From Candidatus Bathyarchaeia archaeon (GTDB lineage Bacteria; Patescibacteriota; Microgenomatia; PFEM01; JAFGMK01), in NCBI GenBank assembly GCA_035529595.1, contig DATKWK010000017.1, forward strand, positions 250,961 through 314,960: 64,000 nucleotides of DNA. The letters run 5' to 3'. The notes beneath the pieces are model-generated. The model was not told the DNA's origin, ran no database searches, and saw only the letters and a list, made by a program, of their open reading frames with translations. Below, one piece after another: positions 10,385-19,899 of the stretch. Each line of letters begins with the position of its first letter. Within the stretch, counting starts at the first letter, position 1. A program made the position numbers and the translations under genes.

Positions 10385-11692
10385 ATGGTTGATCAAAAAC
10401 TAACGGATTATATCAGGCAACAGCTTCAGCTGGGGCGGCTACATGAGCAAATAACCAAAAGTCTTTTGGATGCAGGCTGGCCGGAGGGGGAAATTCAAAC
10501 TGCTTTTCAATTGATTGACGCCCAAAATCAAACACCGGCTGCCATTCAGAACTCAACGGTAGCCAGTAGCAATTCTTTACCTTCCGTTGATTCGCTAATT
10601 AAAGAAAGCTGGCTAGTTTTTAGCAAACAGATTAAAACCTTGTTAGGAATTATTCTGCTGCCGGTCTTAGCTGCTATTCCTATCGTCATACTCTATTTTA
10701 TTGGTGCCGGATTTGGGGTTGCCTTATTAGTTAAAGATATTTCCGTCGTCAAGATTGTTTCAGTAATTGTTGTTTCAATATTATTAGGCCTGATAACGGT
10801 TTATATTTATGCTTGGAGCCAAGCAGCCCTGATTTTTACCCTGGACTCCTCGCCGGAACAGATCGGCATTCGGGAGTCATACCGGCGGGGCCGGAAAAAG
10901 ATCGGTGCTCTATTTTCCACTTATTCATGGTCTGGCTTGGTCATTTTAGGGGCTGTTTTCCTGCTGGTTGTACCGGCAATTTTTTTGGCTGTCAGTTTTT
11001 TTACCGCTTCTTATATTGCTGTTCTTGAAGACCAAAAAGGAATTAACGCTCTTTTAAAAAGCCGGCAATATATTAAAGGCAGATGGTGGGCGGTTTTTGG
11101 CCGTTTGATTTTTGTCAACTTGGTTTATATGCTTATTTTTTTTGCGGTTAAATTGCTTCTCTCGGGTATTCTTTCTCCTTTTAAGCTTGCCTCTTTAGCC
11201 AATCTTCTTTCGTCTGTACTATCGTTCTTAAGTCGTCTGTTTCTAGTGGTTTTTAATTTTGTCCTCTATCGTCACTTGAAGGGGATTAAAGGCGAATTTG
11301 TTTTCTCGCCGAGCAAAAAATCAAAGATCGGTTTGGTTTTAATATCTTTGTTATCACTTCTTAGTATTCTTGCGCCTTTGATTCTAGTGGCTATTAATCC
11401 GGTCGGGCAACTTTCCCAAGCCCGTGACAGCCAAAGAATGGCCGACCAGGTATTAATCAGCGGTGCTTTAGAACAATATTTTGTAAAAAATAACGTCTAT
11501 CCTGAATCATTAAATCAATTAGTCCCTCAATATTTAGAAACACTGCCTGATGATCCAAAGCCGGGAAAAAGTTATGATTATCTTCAGCTTTCAAAAAATG
11601 ATTATCAACTATGTTTTGAATTTGAGACTAAAGGACGCCAGTGTTCAAATTCTTCCGGAGAAGAACAAAAAATTCCCAAGCTTATATTTTAG
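10385..11692 (+). CDS. Polytopic membrane protein with C-terminal pilin/pseudopilin-like head
   Basis: About 6-7 TM segments, then INPVGQLSQARDSQRMAD...EQY..NNVYP..L..LVPQYL..LPDDP. Confidence 0.7.
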   Translation: MVDQKLTDYIRQQLQLGRLHEQITKSLLDAGWPEGEIQTAFQLIDAQNQTPAAIQNSTVASSNSLPSVDSLIKESWLVFSKQIKTLLGIILLPVLAAIPIVILYFIGAGFGVALLVKDISVVKIVSVIVVSILLGLITVYIYAWSQAALIFTLDSSPEQIGIRESYRRGRKKIGALFSTYSWSGLVILGAVFLLVVPAIFLAVSFFTASYIAVLEDQKGINALLKSRQYIKGRWWAVFGRLIFVNLVYMLIFFAVKLLLSGILSPFKLASLANLLSSVLSFLSRLFLVVFNFVLYRHLKGIKGEFVFSPSKKSKIGLVLISLLSLLSILAPLILVAINPVGQLSQARDSQRMADQVLISGALEQYFVKNNVYPESLNQLVPQYLETLPDDPKPGKSYDYLQLSKNDYQLCFEFETKGRQCSNSSGEEQKIPKLIF

Positions 11693-11707
11693 CCCTTTTT
11701 GTCTTTT

Positions 11708-12082
11708 TTAGTTTTTCCACAGGCCATGAAGATTGCAGTATTCCCGGGCGGAAATTTCTTTTGTCTGGACTGGAAATTCAGCTTCCGGTAACTGGCCAGG
11801 TGAAAGAAACTGACGATAGGTCTTACCATTAGCGATGATCTCGATCCATTCAACGAAATGGGTCTCTTCCATTGGGTGGGCGACCGAACCGACTTTGACT
11901 TTAACTCCAGTTTCGGTTTTTTCAATCACCGGGACATGTTTTTCCCTGCCTTGGTCTTGTGTCTTTTCAACCAGCGGCTCCATTGGTTGGCCGCAGCAGA
12001 CCAGTTGACCGCCGCCGACATGCAAAATCTGGATGATGTTGCCGCAGATGTTACATCGATAGATCTGGTTTCGTTGAACCAT
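11708..12082 (-). CDS. dfx: Desulfoferrodoxin (2Fe superoxide reductase)
   Basis: CNICGN, CCGQPM, EKHVP, HPM...H, CNLHGLW. Confidence 0.95.
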   Translation of the reverse strand: MVQRNQIYRCNICGNIIQILHVGGGQLVCCGQPMEPLVEKTQDQGREKHVPVIEKTETGVKVKVGSVAHPMEETHFVEWIEIIANGKTYRQFLSPGQLPEAEFPVQTKEISAREYCNLHGLWKN

Positions 12083-12119
12083 AATTTCTCCTTTATAATT
12101 AATTTAGATAACTTCTATT

Positions 12120-12204
12120 AGTCTAGTAGTAGTTATTGGGTTTGTCAAGGTGCTATTTTAGTGAAGTCGGCTTCACTTGACGCCGGGCGGTAAACCGTTA
12201 CAAT
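12120..12204. promoter_or_regulatory. Divergent sigma70 promoters with a central palindrome
   Basis: Minus strand TTGACA-17-TAGACT (dfx); plus strand TTGACG-16-TACAAT; AGTGAAG-tcgg-CTTCACT at 12160-12177. Confidence 0.65.
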
Positions 12205-12213
12205 ATCCCTAAG

Positions 12214-12915
12214 ATGAGTTTTGAAATTAACATTCATTCTATTCAAGCTCAAGTTTTGATGGCTCTGTTGTTTAAACGGAAGGCTCGTTTTTCCGAGTTA
12301 AACTCCGACAAAATTCCGACCGATCATTTCACTTTTCATCTCAAGCAGTTGGTTAACCAGGCTTTAGTTAAGAAAATTGGTAATGGAAAATATTGTCTGA
12401 CTAACCAGGGTAAAGAGTTTGCTAACCGTTTTGACACCGAGAGGGCAAAATTTGAAAAGCAAGCGAAAATCGGTGTGGTCGTTTGTGGTGTTAAACTGGC
12501 AAACGGGGTCCGGAAATATTTAGTCCAGCAAAGACTGAAGCAACCCTTTTATGGCTATTACGGTTTTGTCTCCGGCAAAATACGTTTTGGAGAAACAGTT
12601 TCGGAAACTGCCGTTCGGGAGTTCCAGGAGGAAACCGGTCTAACCGGTCAGTTTTCCTTGACTGGTATAGAACATAAGATGGATTTTTCGGAAAAAGGTG
12701 AGCTTTTAGAAGATAAATTTTTCTTTATTTTTCGGGTTAAAAAGCCGTTGGGAAAGCTGGTTAAGTCTTTTGCTGGCGGTCGGAACCAATGGCTGGCGAA
12801 AAAAGAAATTGAGAAACTGGATAAGCGTTTTGGGGATGTCATGGCAATCATCAAAGTGCTTGAACAAAGAAAATTTACCTTTTGGGAGAATAAGTTTATC
12901 GTTTCCGGTTTTTAA
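12214..12915 (+). CDS. Winged-HTH + NUDIX domain protein
   Basis: N-terminal RFSEL...FTFHLKQLV..LV.K..KY.LT..G wHTH; Nudix box GKIRFGETVSETAVREFQEETG. Confidence 0.85.
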   Translation: MSFEINIHSIQAQVLMALLFKRKARFSELNSDKIPTDHFTFHLKQLVNQALVKKIGNGKYCLTNQGKEFANRFDTERAKFEKQAKIGVVVCGVKLANGVRKYLVQQRLKQPFYGYYGFVSGKIRFGETVSETAVREFQEETGLTGQFSLTGIEHKMDFSEKGELLEDKFFFIFRVKKPLGKLVKSFAGGRNQWLAKKEIEKLDKRFGDVMAIIKVLEQRKFTFWENKFIVSGF

Positions 12916-12951
12916 GTATTTCTCCTGTTTCTGCTTTGGGGAATCTTCCCT

Positions 12952-14037
12952 TTAGATTACTTCAACTTCATTCTCGAGCCAAATTCCGAAGTGACTAAAT
13001 ACCTCTTTCCGGATTGTTTCTATAAATGAAAGTAATTCATTAGGCGTTGCCTGGCCATGGTTAACCACGACTAAAGCGTGTTTATTCCAAGTACCGCAGT
13101 TGCCGATTCTTTTTCCCTTCCAGCCGATTTCTTCCAGTAGCCAACCGGCAGCGACTTTAACGTAATTATCCTGTTCTAAAGGCAAGCTATCTGGTTTTGG
13201 GTAGGTTAATTTACTGATCGGATAAAATTGAATGCCCGGTGCCTTCTTTTGCAGTTCTTTCAATTTTTTCTTACTGACGACCGGGTTTTTAAAAAAAGAT
13301 CCGGCATTGCCGACTCTTCTGATATCCGGCAGCTTCCTTTTCCGGATACTGACAATTGCTCGATAAACATCTTTTATAGTGTAGGGTTTTTTGGCTATTC
13401 TTTGCAGTTCTTTTTCTACCGATTCATAACGTGAGTGATAGGATATTTCAGGCTTAGGGTTTTTATCAAGCTTTAATCGGATCTTGGTAACCAGATAGCG
13501 ATTCGTTAGTCTTTCTTTAAAGATACTGCTTCGGTAAGCAAACTGGCAATCTGTTTTCTTAAAAACCTTCTTCCGGCCAGTAATTAAGTTAATAGCCTCA
13601 AGCGAAATAAAGCAATCTTCTAGATTATGGCCGTAACAGGCAATGTTTTGGACCGGGGCAGCCCCAGCCGTTCCGGGTACCAGCGCTAAATTTTCAATTC
13701 CCCCCCACTCTTTATCAACAACATAGTCGACTAAGGTCGGCCAGTCTTCGCCGCCGGCGATTTCCAGGATAATTTCTTTTCGGTTTTTTTCGATTATCTC
13801 TTTCCCCTGAAGCGAATTTTTTAAGACTAAACCGTCAAAGTTCTGACTGAAAAGGATATTGGCACCATGACCCAGAACCAGGATTTTTTCCTTAGCTAAT
13901 TTCTCTTGATTAAGGATTTCTAATATATCTTTTTCGTCTTTGACTTCAGTGAAATATTTTGCTTTGACATCAAGATGAAAAGTATTATGCTTTTCAAGCG
14001 GATAATTTTTTTTGATCTTTACCATTTCATATTTCAC
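12952..14037 (-). CDS. murB: UDP-N-acetylmuramate dehydrogenase
   Basis: LGHGANIL, PGTAGAAPVQNI, FAYRSS.FK, GNAGSFFKNP, HALVVVN. Confidence 0.95.
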   Translation of the reverse strand: MKYEMVKIKKNYPLEKHNTFHLDVKAKYFTEVKDEKDILEILNQEKLAKEKILVLGHGANILFSQNFDGLVLKNSLQGKEIIEKNRKEIILEIAGGEDWPTLVDYVVDKEWGGIENLALVPGTAGAAPVQNIACYGHNLEDCFISLEAINLITGRKKVFKKTDCQFAYRSSIFKERLTNRYLVTKIRLKLDKNPKPEISYHSRYESVEKELQRIAKKPYTIKDVYRAIVSIRKRKLPDIRRVGNAGSFFKNPVVSKKKLKELQKKAPGIQFYPISKLTYPKPDSLPLEQDNYVKVAAGWLLEEIGWKGKRIGNCGTWNKHALVVVNHGQATPNELLSFIETIRKEVFSHFGIWLENEVEVI

Positions 14038-14410
14038 CCCGGGGGCTTCTGGAGGCCCTCTTTTTATTAAAAACCTGCTTTCTAATTAATTGCCAGATCT
14101 TTATCAAAATTTTCTTAGTAACTACCCAGAGGAAATTATTCGTTTGGGTAAAAATCGGTTTACCGGCACCGATCATCCTTGACCAACAGGAAAGGACTAC
14201 CCATTCCCTTCTTTCATTCTGCTTGGCAATAATTTCGATTCTCTGCAAACCGTAGGTCTTATAGAACTTGAATGATCCCGGAGTTTTTCCCCTAATACTG
14301 GTATCCGGCCGCCTTAAAGTATACCAGGCATCCGATTGGGCGATGCCGCGTTGGTAAAGGCGCTCGATAGCGTGCTTGGTGAAAATCACTCCTTTAAAAA
14401 TTTCCTGCAT
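14027..14410 (-). CDS. DUF4258-like protein
   Basis: FTKHAIERLYQRGI motif. Confidence 0.65.
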   Translation of the reverse strand: MQEIFKGVIFTKHAIERLYQRGIAQSDAWYTLRRPDTSIRGKTPGSFKFYKTYGLQRIEIIAKQNERREWVVLSCWSRMIGAGKPIFTQTNNFLWVVTKKILIKIWQLIRKQVFNKKRASRSPRGEI

Positions 14411-14541
14411 AAGGTTATTTTAACATTTGGTTTGAGTTTAAGTCAGATATAATTACTGGTAGCTACTCAGGCTCTTTGATAAGACGGCCTTTTTTGAACA
14501 TCTAATAGTAATCGGAGTCAGAATGATAAACGGGAGGGAAT

Positions 14542-15024
14542 CTAAGGAAAAAAGAGGATCTGGTTGCCAACCTTAATATCCAATTTTTTAATCTCTCCGG
14601 CGTTTATTTCCAGAACTCTATCAAAAGGTTTCTTCGAAATTACTACCTGGGGTGCTTCTCCTGTTTTGGGGAAGGGAATATTTTCTGCTAGATCAACCAC
14701 TTCTCTTCCATTAATAAAGACAAAATCCAGGTTGAATTTCATTTTATTCATCCAAAAGGGGGTCAGTCTGGATTCCTGAAAAACGAAAAGCATTCCCTGG
14801 TTTGATTCCAAAGCTTCTTTGCCTGAAAGACCTCGGGTAATTTCCAGCGGATCATCGGCGATTTCTACATAAATTTTTTGCTTATTGATATTAAGGTAGG
14901 GTTTTAAATCTTGGGATATGGACCTATTTTTTCTTGTTAATATTAGCAACGGGATAAGAATTAGAAACCAGAGAAGAAACTTGATCCTGGTAAATATTTT
15001 ATTCTTTGAGGGCATTAACAACAA
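14542..15024 (-). CDS. DUF192 family protein
   Basis: N-terminal TM; RGLS, GMLFVF, FWM..M.F.LD, VLEINAG. Confidence 0.9.
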   Translation of the reverse strand: MLLMPSKNKIFTRIKFLLWFLILIPLLILTRKNRSISQDLKPYLNINKQKIYVEIADDPLEITRGLSGKEALESNQGMLFVFQESRLTPFWMNKMKFNLDFVFINGREVVDLAENIPFPKTGEAPQVVISKKPFDRVLEINAGEIKKLDIKVGNQILFFP

Positions 15025-15536
15025 AAACTCCTCTTGTAAAATTTCACGAATAAGTATGCCAATACTCCTCCGGCGATAGCGGTCAAAAGCTGAGGCCAGC
15101 TCATCATTATTGCTGCTTGACGGGCAATTTCCTTTTTCAAAAGTAAATTGACAACTGTTAAACTGGTACCAGACAAAAAAGCAAATTTTAAAATACTGGC
15201 CAATATCACTCCAAGCCAGTAGTTTCTGTCCTTTAAAACATTAAAAGTCACCACCAAAATAGCGTTCCCTACCATAATAAACGGGATCATTGGCGTCAGT
15301 ACCGGCGGTAAAAGACCGGCTGAAAGGGCGATTATACTGGGAACCAAACCGACGATAATTCCGGCTTGAAACCCCAAAAGCATCGTTGAAACGAAAAGCG
15401 TGGCATTGATAACTGGTCCGGTAATCGTCTGCTGGTGAAATAAGGGGACTATTGTGGCAACACCCACTAAGGTAATAAATTGGATTAAAACGGTAATCTT
15501 TTCTCTGCTGATGGCTAAGGTTTCGGTATTATTCAT
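15015..15536 (-). CDS. Small multi-TM protein, ECF S-component-like
   Basis: 5-6 TM; QTITGPVINATL, PFIMVGN, WPQLLTA; overlaps hydrogenase stop. Confidence 0.65.
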   Translation of the reverse strand: MNNTETLAISREKITVLIQFITLVGVATIVPLFHQQTITGPVINATLFVSTMLLGFQAGIIVGLVPSIIALSAGLLPPVLTPMIPFIMVGNAILVVTFNVLKDRNYWLGVILASILKFAFLSGTSLTVVNLLLKKEIARQAAIMMSWPQLLTAIAGGVLAYLFVKFYKRSFCC

Positions 15537-17247
15537 GAGTTTCTTTGGAATCTTTCAGTTTTTTAATTTCTGATTTTTTTCGAGGCGCAAAATGAGTGTG
15601 GAGTATTTTTTTAACCGATTCATCATTGAAAAACAAATCAGCATATATTTTTTTGACCGCCAAACTGTTATGCGCGCCTTTCAGTTCTCTCTGCTGGTCG
15701 ATGAAATATAGCGATTCAGATCTTTTTTGGACTATTCTTTTATTTGTCGGTAACGATTGACCGCCTCCGCCGACACAGCCCCCGGGGCAGGCCATAACTT
15801 CAACGGCGTTATATATCCCTGGATTATTTTTTAACTCTTCCATTACTTTTTGCGCATTTTTTATACCGCTCACTACACAAATCCTTAAAATCTCATCGCC
15901 GATCTTTATTTCTTTTTTCTTTATTCCCTCCATCCCCCTAATCTCTTTTACGGTATTCTTTGGCATTTCTTCTCCGGTTACTTTGAAGTATGCCGTTCGA
16001 AATGCCGACTCAAAAACCCCTCCGCTTGATCCGTAAATTACTCCCGCTCCGGAAGGTGACCCAAGTGGATCGTCAGCTTCCTGCGGTATTATTTTTTTAA
16101 AATCAATTTTGTTTTTCTTAAACAGCCTTACCAATTCTCGGGTGGTTAAAACGCAATCAACCGGGTAGCGCCCTTCTATTTTTAATTCCTCTCGTTTGAT
16201 TTCGAATTTTTTAGCCACACAAGGCATGATTGAGACAACAACAATATTTTTCGGGTCGATATTTTTTTCTTTACTCCAATATTCTTTAATGATCCCTCCC
16301 AGCATTATCTGGGGCGATCTTGAAGTACACAGGTTCGGAATAAATTCCGGGTAGTCGAATTCCACAAATTTAACCCAGGCCGGGCAACAGGAAGACAGAA
16401 CCGGCAAATTTTGGTTTGTTCGCAATCGCTCAATCAGTTCATTGGCTTCTTCCATTGTCGTAAAGTCTGCACCCGAGGCCGTATCAAAAACATAGTCAAA
16501 GCCGAGTTTTTTAAGTCCGGAAACCAATTGTCCAGTTGCAATTTTTCCCATCTCCATCCCAAATTCTTCTCCGACGCTTGTTCGTATAGACGGTGCGAAC
16601 TGAACCACCGTAATTTTATTTTTGTCTTTAAATAGCTGCTCTAATTCTTCAAATTCGCCAACTCCTTCAATTGCGCCGAATGGGCAGTGAAGAATGCATT
16701 GTCCGCAACTTATGCACTCTTTTTTTTCGTCGCTTGACGGCTCTACTTTTTCCAGCTTATTTAAGTCTAAGAAATCAACCGGACAGACGCTCAAACAATT
16801 CTCGCAACCGATGCATTTTGTCTGATCGAAAACAATTGTTCCTGTTTGTAAAACCTGGTAGGCGTCATTTTTTTTACCTTTTGGCGTTATTTCGAATTTT
16901 CTGACTAATTCTAAAAGTTTACAATGTTCAAACCAGACGCAATCGTCGCACTCTAAAAGATGTTCTTTTAAAATTAATCGCAGATTTTTATCTCTTTCTT
17001 TTTTGATTTCTGGTGATTCCGTAAATATTTCCATTCCGTTTTCTACCTGTGTTGAACAAGCACGCTTAAGTTTGTCAAAACCACTAATTTTAACCAAGCA
17101 CATCCCGCAATGATGTTTTATCTCAATATCCGGATGGTAGCAGAGGAACGGAATCTCGATTTTATTTTCCAAAGCCGTATCTAAAATCGTTTTTCCTACG
17201 TCGGTAGATATTAGTTTGCCATTTATCTTAACTGAGACTTTTTTCAT
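15529..17247 (-). CDS. hydA: Group A [FeFe]-hydrogenase with F-clusters
   Basis: H-cluster motifs SSCCPAW, MPCVAKKFE, EVMACPGGCVGGGGQ; N-terminal 2Fe-2S, His-ligated cluster (HLLECDDC..C) and two CxxCxxCxxxCP. Confidence 0.93.
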   Translation of the reverse strand: MKKVSVKINGKLISTDVGKTILDTALENKIEIPFLCYHPDIEIKHHCGMCLVKISGFDKLKRACSTQVENGMEIFTESPEIKKERDKNLRLILKEHLLECDDCVWFEHCKLLELVRKFEITPKGKKNDAYQVLQTGTIVFDQTKCIGCENCLSVCPVDFLDLNKLEKVEPSSDEKKECISCGQCILHCPFGAIEGVGEFEELEQLFKDKNKITVVQFAPSIRTSVGEEFGMEMGKIATGQLVSGLKKLGFDYVFDTASGADFTTMEEANELIERLRTNQNLPVLSSCCPAWVKFVEFDYPEFIPNLCTSRSPQIMLGGIIKEYWSKEKNIDPKNIVVVSIMPCVAKKFEIKREELKIEGRYPVDCVLTTRELVRLFKKNKIDFKKIIPQEADDPLGSPSGAGVIYGSSGGVFESAFRTAYFKVTGEEMPKNTVKEIRGMEGIKKKEIKIGDEILRICVVSGIKNAQKVMEELKNNPGIYNAVEVMACPGGCVGGGGQSLPTNKRIVQKRSESLYFIDQQRELKGAHNSLAVKKIYADLFFNDESVKKILHTHFAPRKKSEIKKLKDSKETHE

Positions 17248-18776
17248 AATTTTTCTTCCTTGTGGAGAACCTTTGCCGTCAGATATTCAACCGGAGAAAA
17301 ATTATCGGTCATTACCGGATGCGAGGAAAAGTCAAATTTGCTCAGATTAATGATTTTCTTCCCCAGCGACCGTATTGTCGGATTTTTGTTGCCGGTGATT
17401 TTTTGGTCGTTAAAGTCGATCTTTTTATCACTATTATAGCCGACGAAAATAATGTTTTGCGATTCGATTTTATCCGGCGAGTCGACGGCAAAAAAATAAC
17501 AGTTTGGGAAAGCAGTCTGGAATGTTCTTATTTCCGACATAATTAGTGATGGTTCCTGCTGCGATAAATCTCCTATTAAATTAGCGATGAATATACCGTC
17601 ATCGTTTAGCTTACTTTTTGCAATTTTAAAGAATTCTTGAGTTGTAAAATGAGCGGGGATGGAAAATAAGGAATAGTAGACATCACTAAATATCAAGTCG
17701 TACCGCTTGTCAGTATCATGAAGCAGTCTGCGCCCATCTTCTGTATAGTTGTGTAAACGCTCTGTTTCAGTTACCCTGAAATACTTTCGGGCAAGTTCAA
17801 AAAGGGACGGCTCGATTTCCGATACATCAATAGTTGCGCCGGGAATATCATTAAGCAGTGCTTTCGGAATTGAATATGCACCCCCGCCGATAATGAGAGC
17901 GTTTTTTACCATGGGCTTGAAAATCTGATATAACGCGTAATATTTTGTGTAGCCGAAAACCAACTCATTAGAATTAAGGAACATGGCTCCGGAATTATTG
18001 CGATCCTGTCGGAAAAACCTGGTTGGTTTTCCATTATATTCTTCATCGTAAATCGTGATTTTCTCATAGACTCCGTCATGGCTATAAATAATATTGTTGT
18101 TCTTGAAGGAAGAGACAGTAACTATCAAGAAAACTCCGACTATGATAAACAGAACAATCGGTAAAAGTGATTTATAATAATTTCCAGGTTTCAAAAGCGG
18201 GATTAGTCCTAAAATCGTGAGGATTAGGGCAATGGTTAAAATAATTTGATTGATTCCGAATTGAGGAATGAGTACGAATCCGGTAAACAAACTGCCGAAT
18301 ATACTACCCAAGGTTGACCAAAAGAAGATTTCCCCAGTGATACTCCCGATCCCCTTTTCAGGGAAACGTAATCCTTGTAACTTAATGGCAAACGGGGACA
18401 GCGTACCAAGCAGTAAACTGGGCAGAAAAAATAAAATAACCGCAGAAATAATGGGCCCGCTCACAATCGAGAGGCCATATCCAAGCGTTGGCAGTAAGAA
18501 CAGATTAAGTAGATGAAGAAAGATAACACTTAGCCCGCTTGTTAAAATGATGGTGTAGAAGAATTTTTCCGAAGGATATTTGTCGGCCAGTTTGCCGCCA
18601 AAGTAATACCCGACGCTTAAGGCCGCTAACACGACGCCGATGACGCTGGAAACAGTAAAAATTGTATTGCCAAAATACGGAGACAAAATTCTAGTCGCAA
18701 TAACCTCCATGACCAAGACACAGGCGCCGGTTGAAAATACGACAAACGGTAAACTAGATTTTTTTATATTATTCAT
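17244..18776 (-). CDS. Fused membrane (MFS-like)/spermidine synthase-like protein
   Basis: About 7 TM, then LIIGGGAYS, EIEP, EDGR, DLIFSD, TDNFSPVE. Confidence 0.85.
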   Translation of the reverse strand: MNNIKKSSLPFVVFSTGACVLVMEVIATRILSPYFGNTIFTVSSVIGVVLAALSVGYYFGGKLADKYPSEKFFYTIILTSGLSVIFLHLLNLFLLPTLGYGLSIVSGPIISAVILFFLPSLLLGTLSPFAIKLQGLRFPEKGIGSITGEIFFWSTLGSIFGSLFTGFVLIPQFGINQIILTIALILTILGLIPLLKPGNYYKSLLPIVLFIIVGVFLIVTVSSFKNNNIIYSHDGVYEKITIYDEEYNGKPTRFFRQDRNNSGAMFLNSNELVFGYTKYYALYQIFKPMVKNALIIGGGAYSIPKALLNDIPGATIDVSEIEPSLFELARKYFRVTETERLHNYTEDGRRLLHDTDKRYDLIFSDVYYSLFSIPAHFTTQEFFKIAKSKLNDDGIFIANLIGDLSQQEPSLIMSEIRTFQTAFPNCYFFAVDSPDKIESQNIIFVGYNSDKKIDFNDQKITGNKNPTIRSLGKKIINLSKFDFSSHPVMTDNFSPVEYLTAKVLHKEEKL

Positions 18777-18812
18777 AATCTTATTTGATTCTCGTAACTG
18801 GATTTAATCTCA

Positions 18813-19589
18813 TTACCGAATAACAAATAACCAAAATAATATAGCAGCAATAATCCGATATACGCCAAACGGAATGAAAGTATGGCTCTTAATGAAGTTG
18901 AGCAGCCATTTTATACTTGTCAAGGCAACAATAAAGGAGATAATAAAGCCGATTGTCAATAAATGAAACTGACTAAAAGAAAAATTGCCTGCGCTTTTTA
19001 ATAAATCAAAACCGGCGGCCGTTGCCATGGTCGGCGCTGCCAAAAGAAACGAAAATTCGACAATGGTCTCGCGGCTAATTCCCATAATTAGACCACCGAC
19101 AATAGTTGCCGCTGACCGCGATACTCCCGGAATCATGGCGATTGATTGGGCGATGCCGATGGCGATCGACTGTTTATAGTCGATTTTTTGTAATTCGATA
19201 TCGATAGCAGAGTTTTTCTTTTTATACCAAAGCTCAAATACAATCAAAGCGATTCCACCGAGAAAAAGCGACCAAAGAGTTAGTTCGCCGTTTGAAAGTA
19301 AATATTTTTTTATCGATTTGTAAAAGATAAACCCTAAAATTGCGGTTGGGATAAAAGCGATTATTACTCTCTTCCAAACTTCTTTATCAGTAAAAACCCG
19401 CCTCCAATACAGCACGACAACCGCCAAAACCGCACCGAGTTGAATGACTATTTCAAAGCTCTTAGTAAAATTGGAATCAGAAACGCCGAGTAAACGATTT
19501 GCTAATATCAAGTGTCCGGTTGAAGAAATCGGCAAAAATTCAGTTATACCTTCGATAATGCTTAAAATTAGAGTTTGGATGAGTGTCAT
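18813..19589 (-). CDS. uppP: Undecaprenyl-diphosphate phosphatase
   Basis: EGITEFLPISSTGHL, IQLGA, PGVSRS, FSFLL. Confidence 0.96.
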   Translation of the reverse strand: MTLIQTLILSIIEGITEFLPISSTGHLILANRLLGVSDSNFTKSFEIVIQLGAVLAVVVLYWRRVFTDKEVWKRVIIAFIPTAILGFIFYKSIKKYLLSNGELTLWSLFLGGIALIVFELWYKKKNSAIDIELQKIDYKQSIAIGIAQSIAMIPGVSRSAATIVGGLIMGISRETIVEFSFLLAAPTMATAAGFDLLKSAGNFSFSQFHLLTIGFIISFIVALTSIKWLLNFIKSHTFIPFGVYRIIAAILFWLFVIR

Positions 19590-19656
19590 ATTATAATCTT
19601 TCTATTCTCTATTTTGGGATTTCCTGGAGGCTTTTTAGAAAAACCTAATTTACCGG

Positions 19657-19730
19657 TCGGGGCGACCGGTTCTGCCCCGGTGACCTCTCGCACCCCATGC
19701 GAGTGCTCTGCCTTTCTGAGCTACGCCCCG
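19657..19730 (-). tRNA. tRNA-Pro(GGG), atypical T-loop, CCA not encoded
   Basis: Acceptor stem CGGGGCG/CGCCCCG; D-stem GCTC/GAGC; anticodon arm CTCGC-ATGGGGT-GCGAG; T-stem ACCGG/CCGGT. Confidence 0.9.
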
Positions 19731-19899
19731 AAATTTTCGGCGGACAAGTGCGCCACTTTCCGACACTTTCTAATTTTATCACAAAAGTGGGTCTTGTTCT
19801 TTTCGGGTTTATTTTGGTAAGATGGAAACAATTAAACCTGATCTTTACAATAAGTTGGTTAGCTGTCTCTTTATTAAATAATTAAGCGCGGGAGGAATT

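Noticed and set aside
19575-19885. Short ORFs across the tRNA
   Set aside because: Explained by tRNA-Pro on the minus strand
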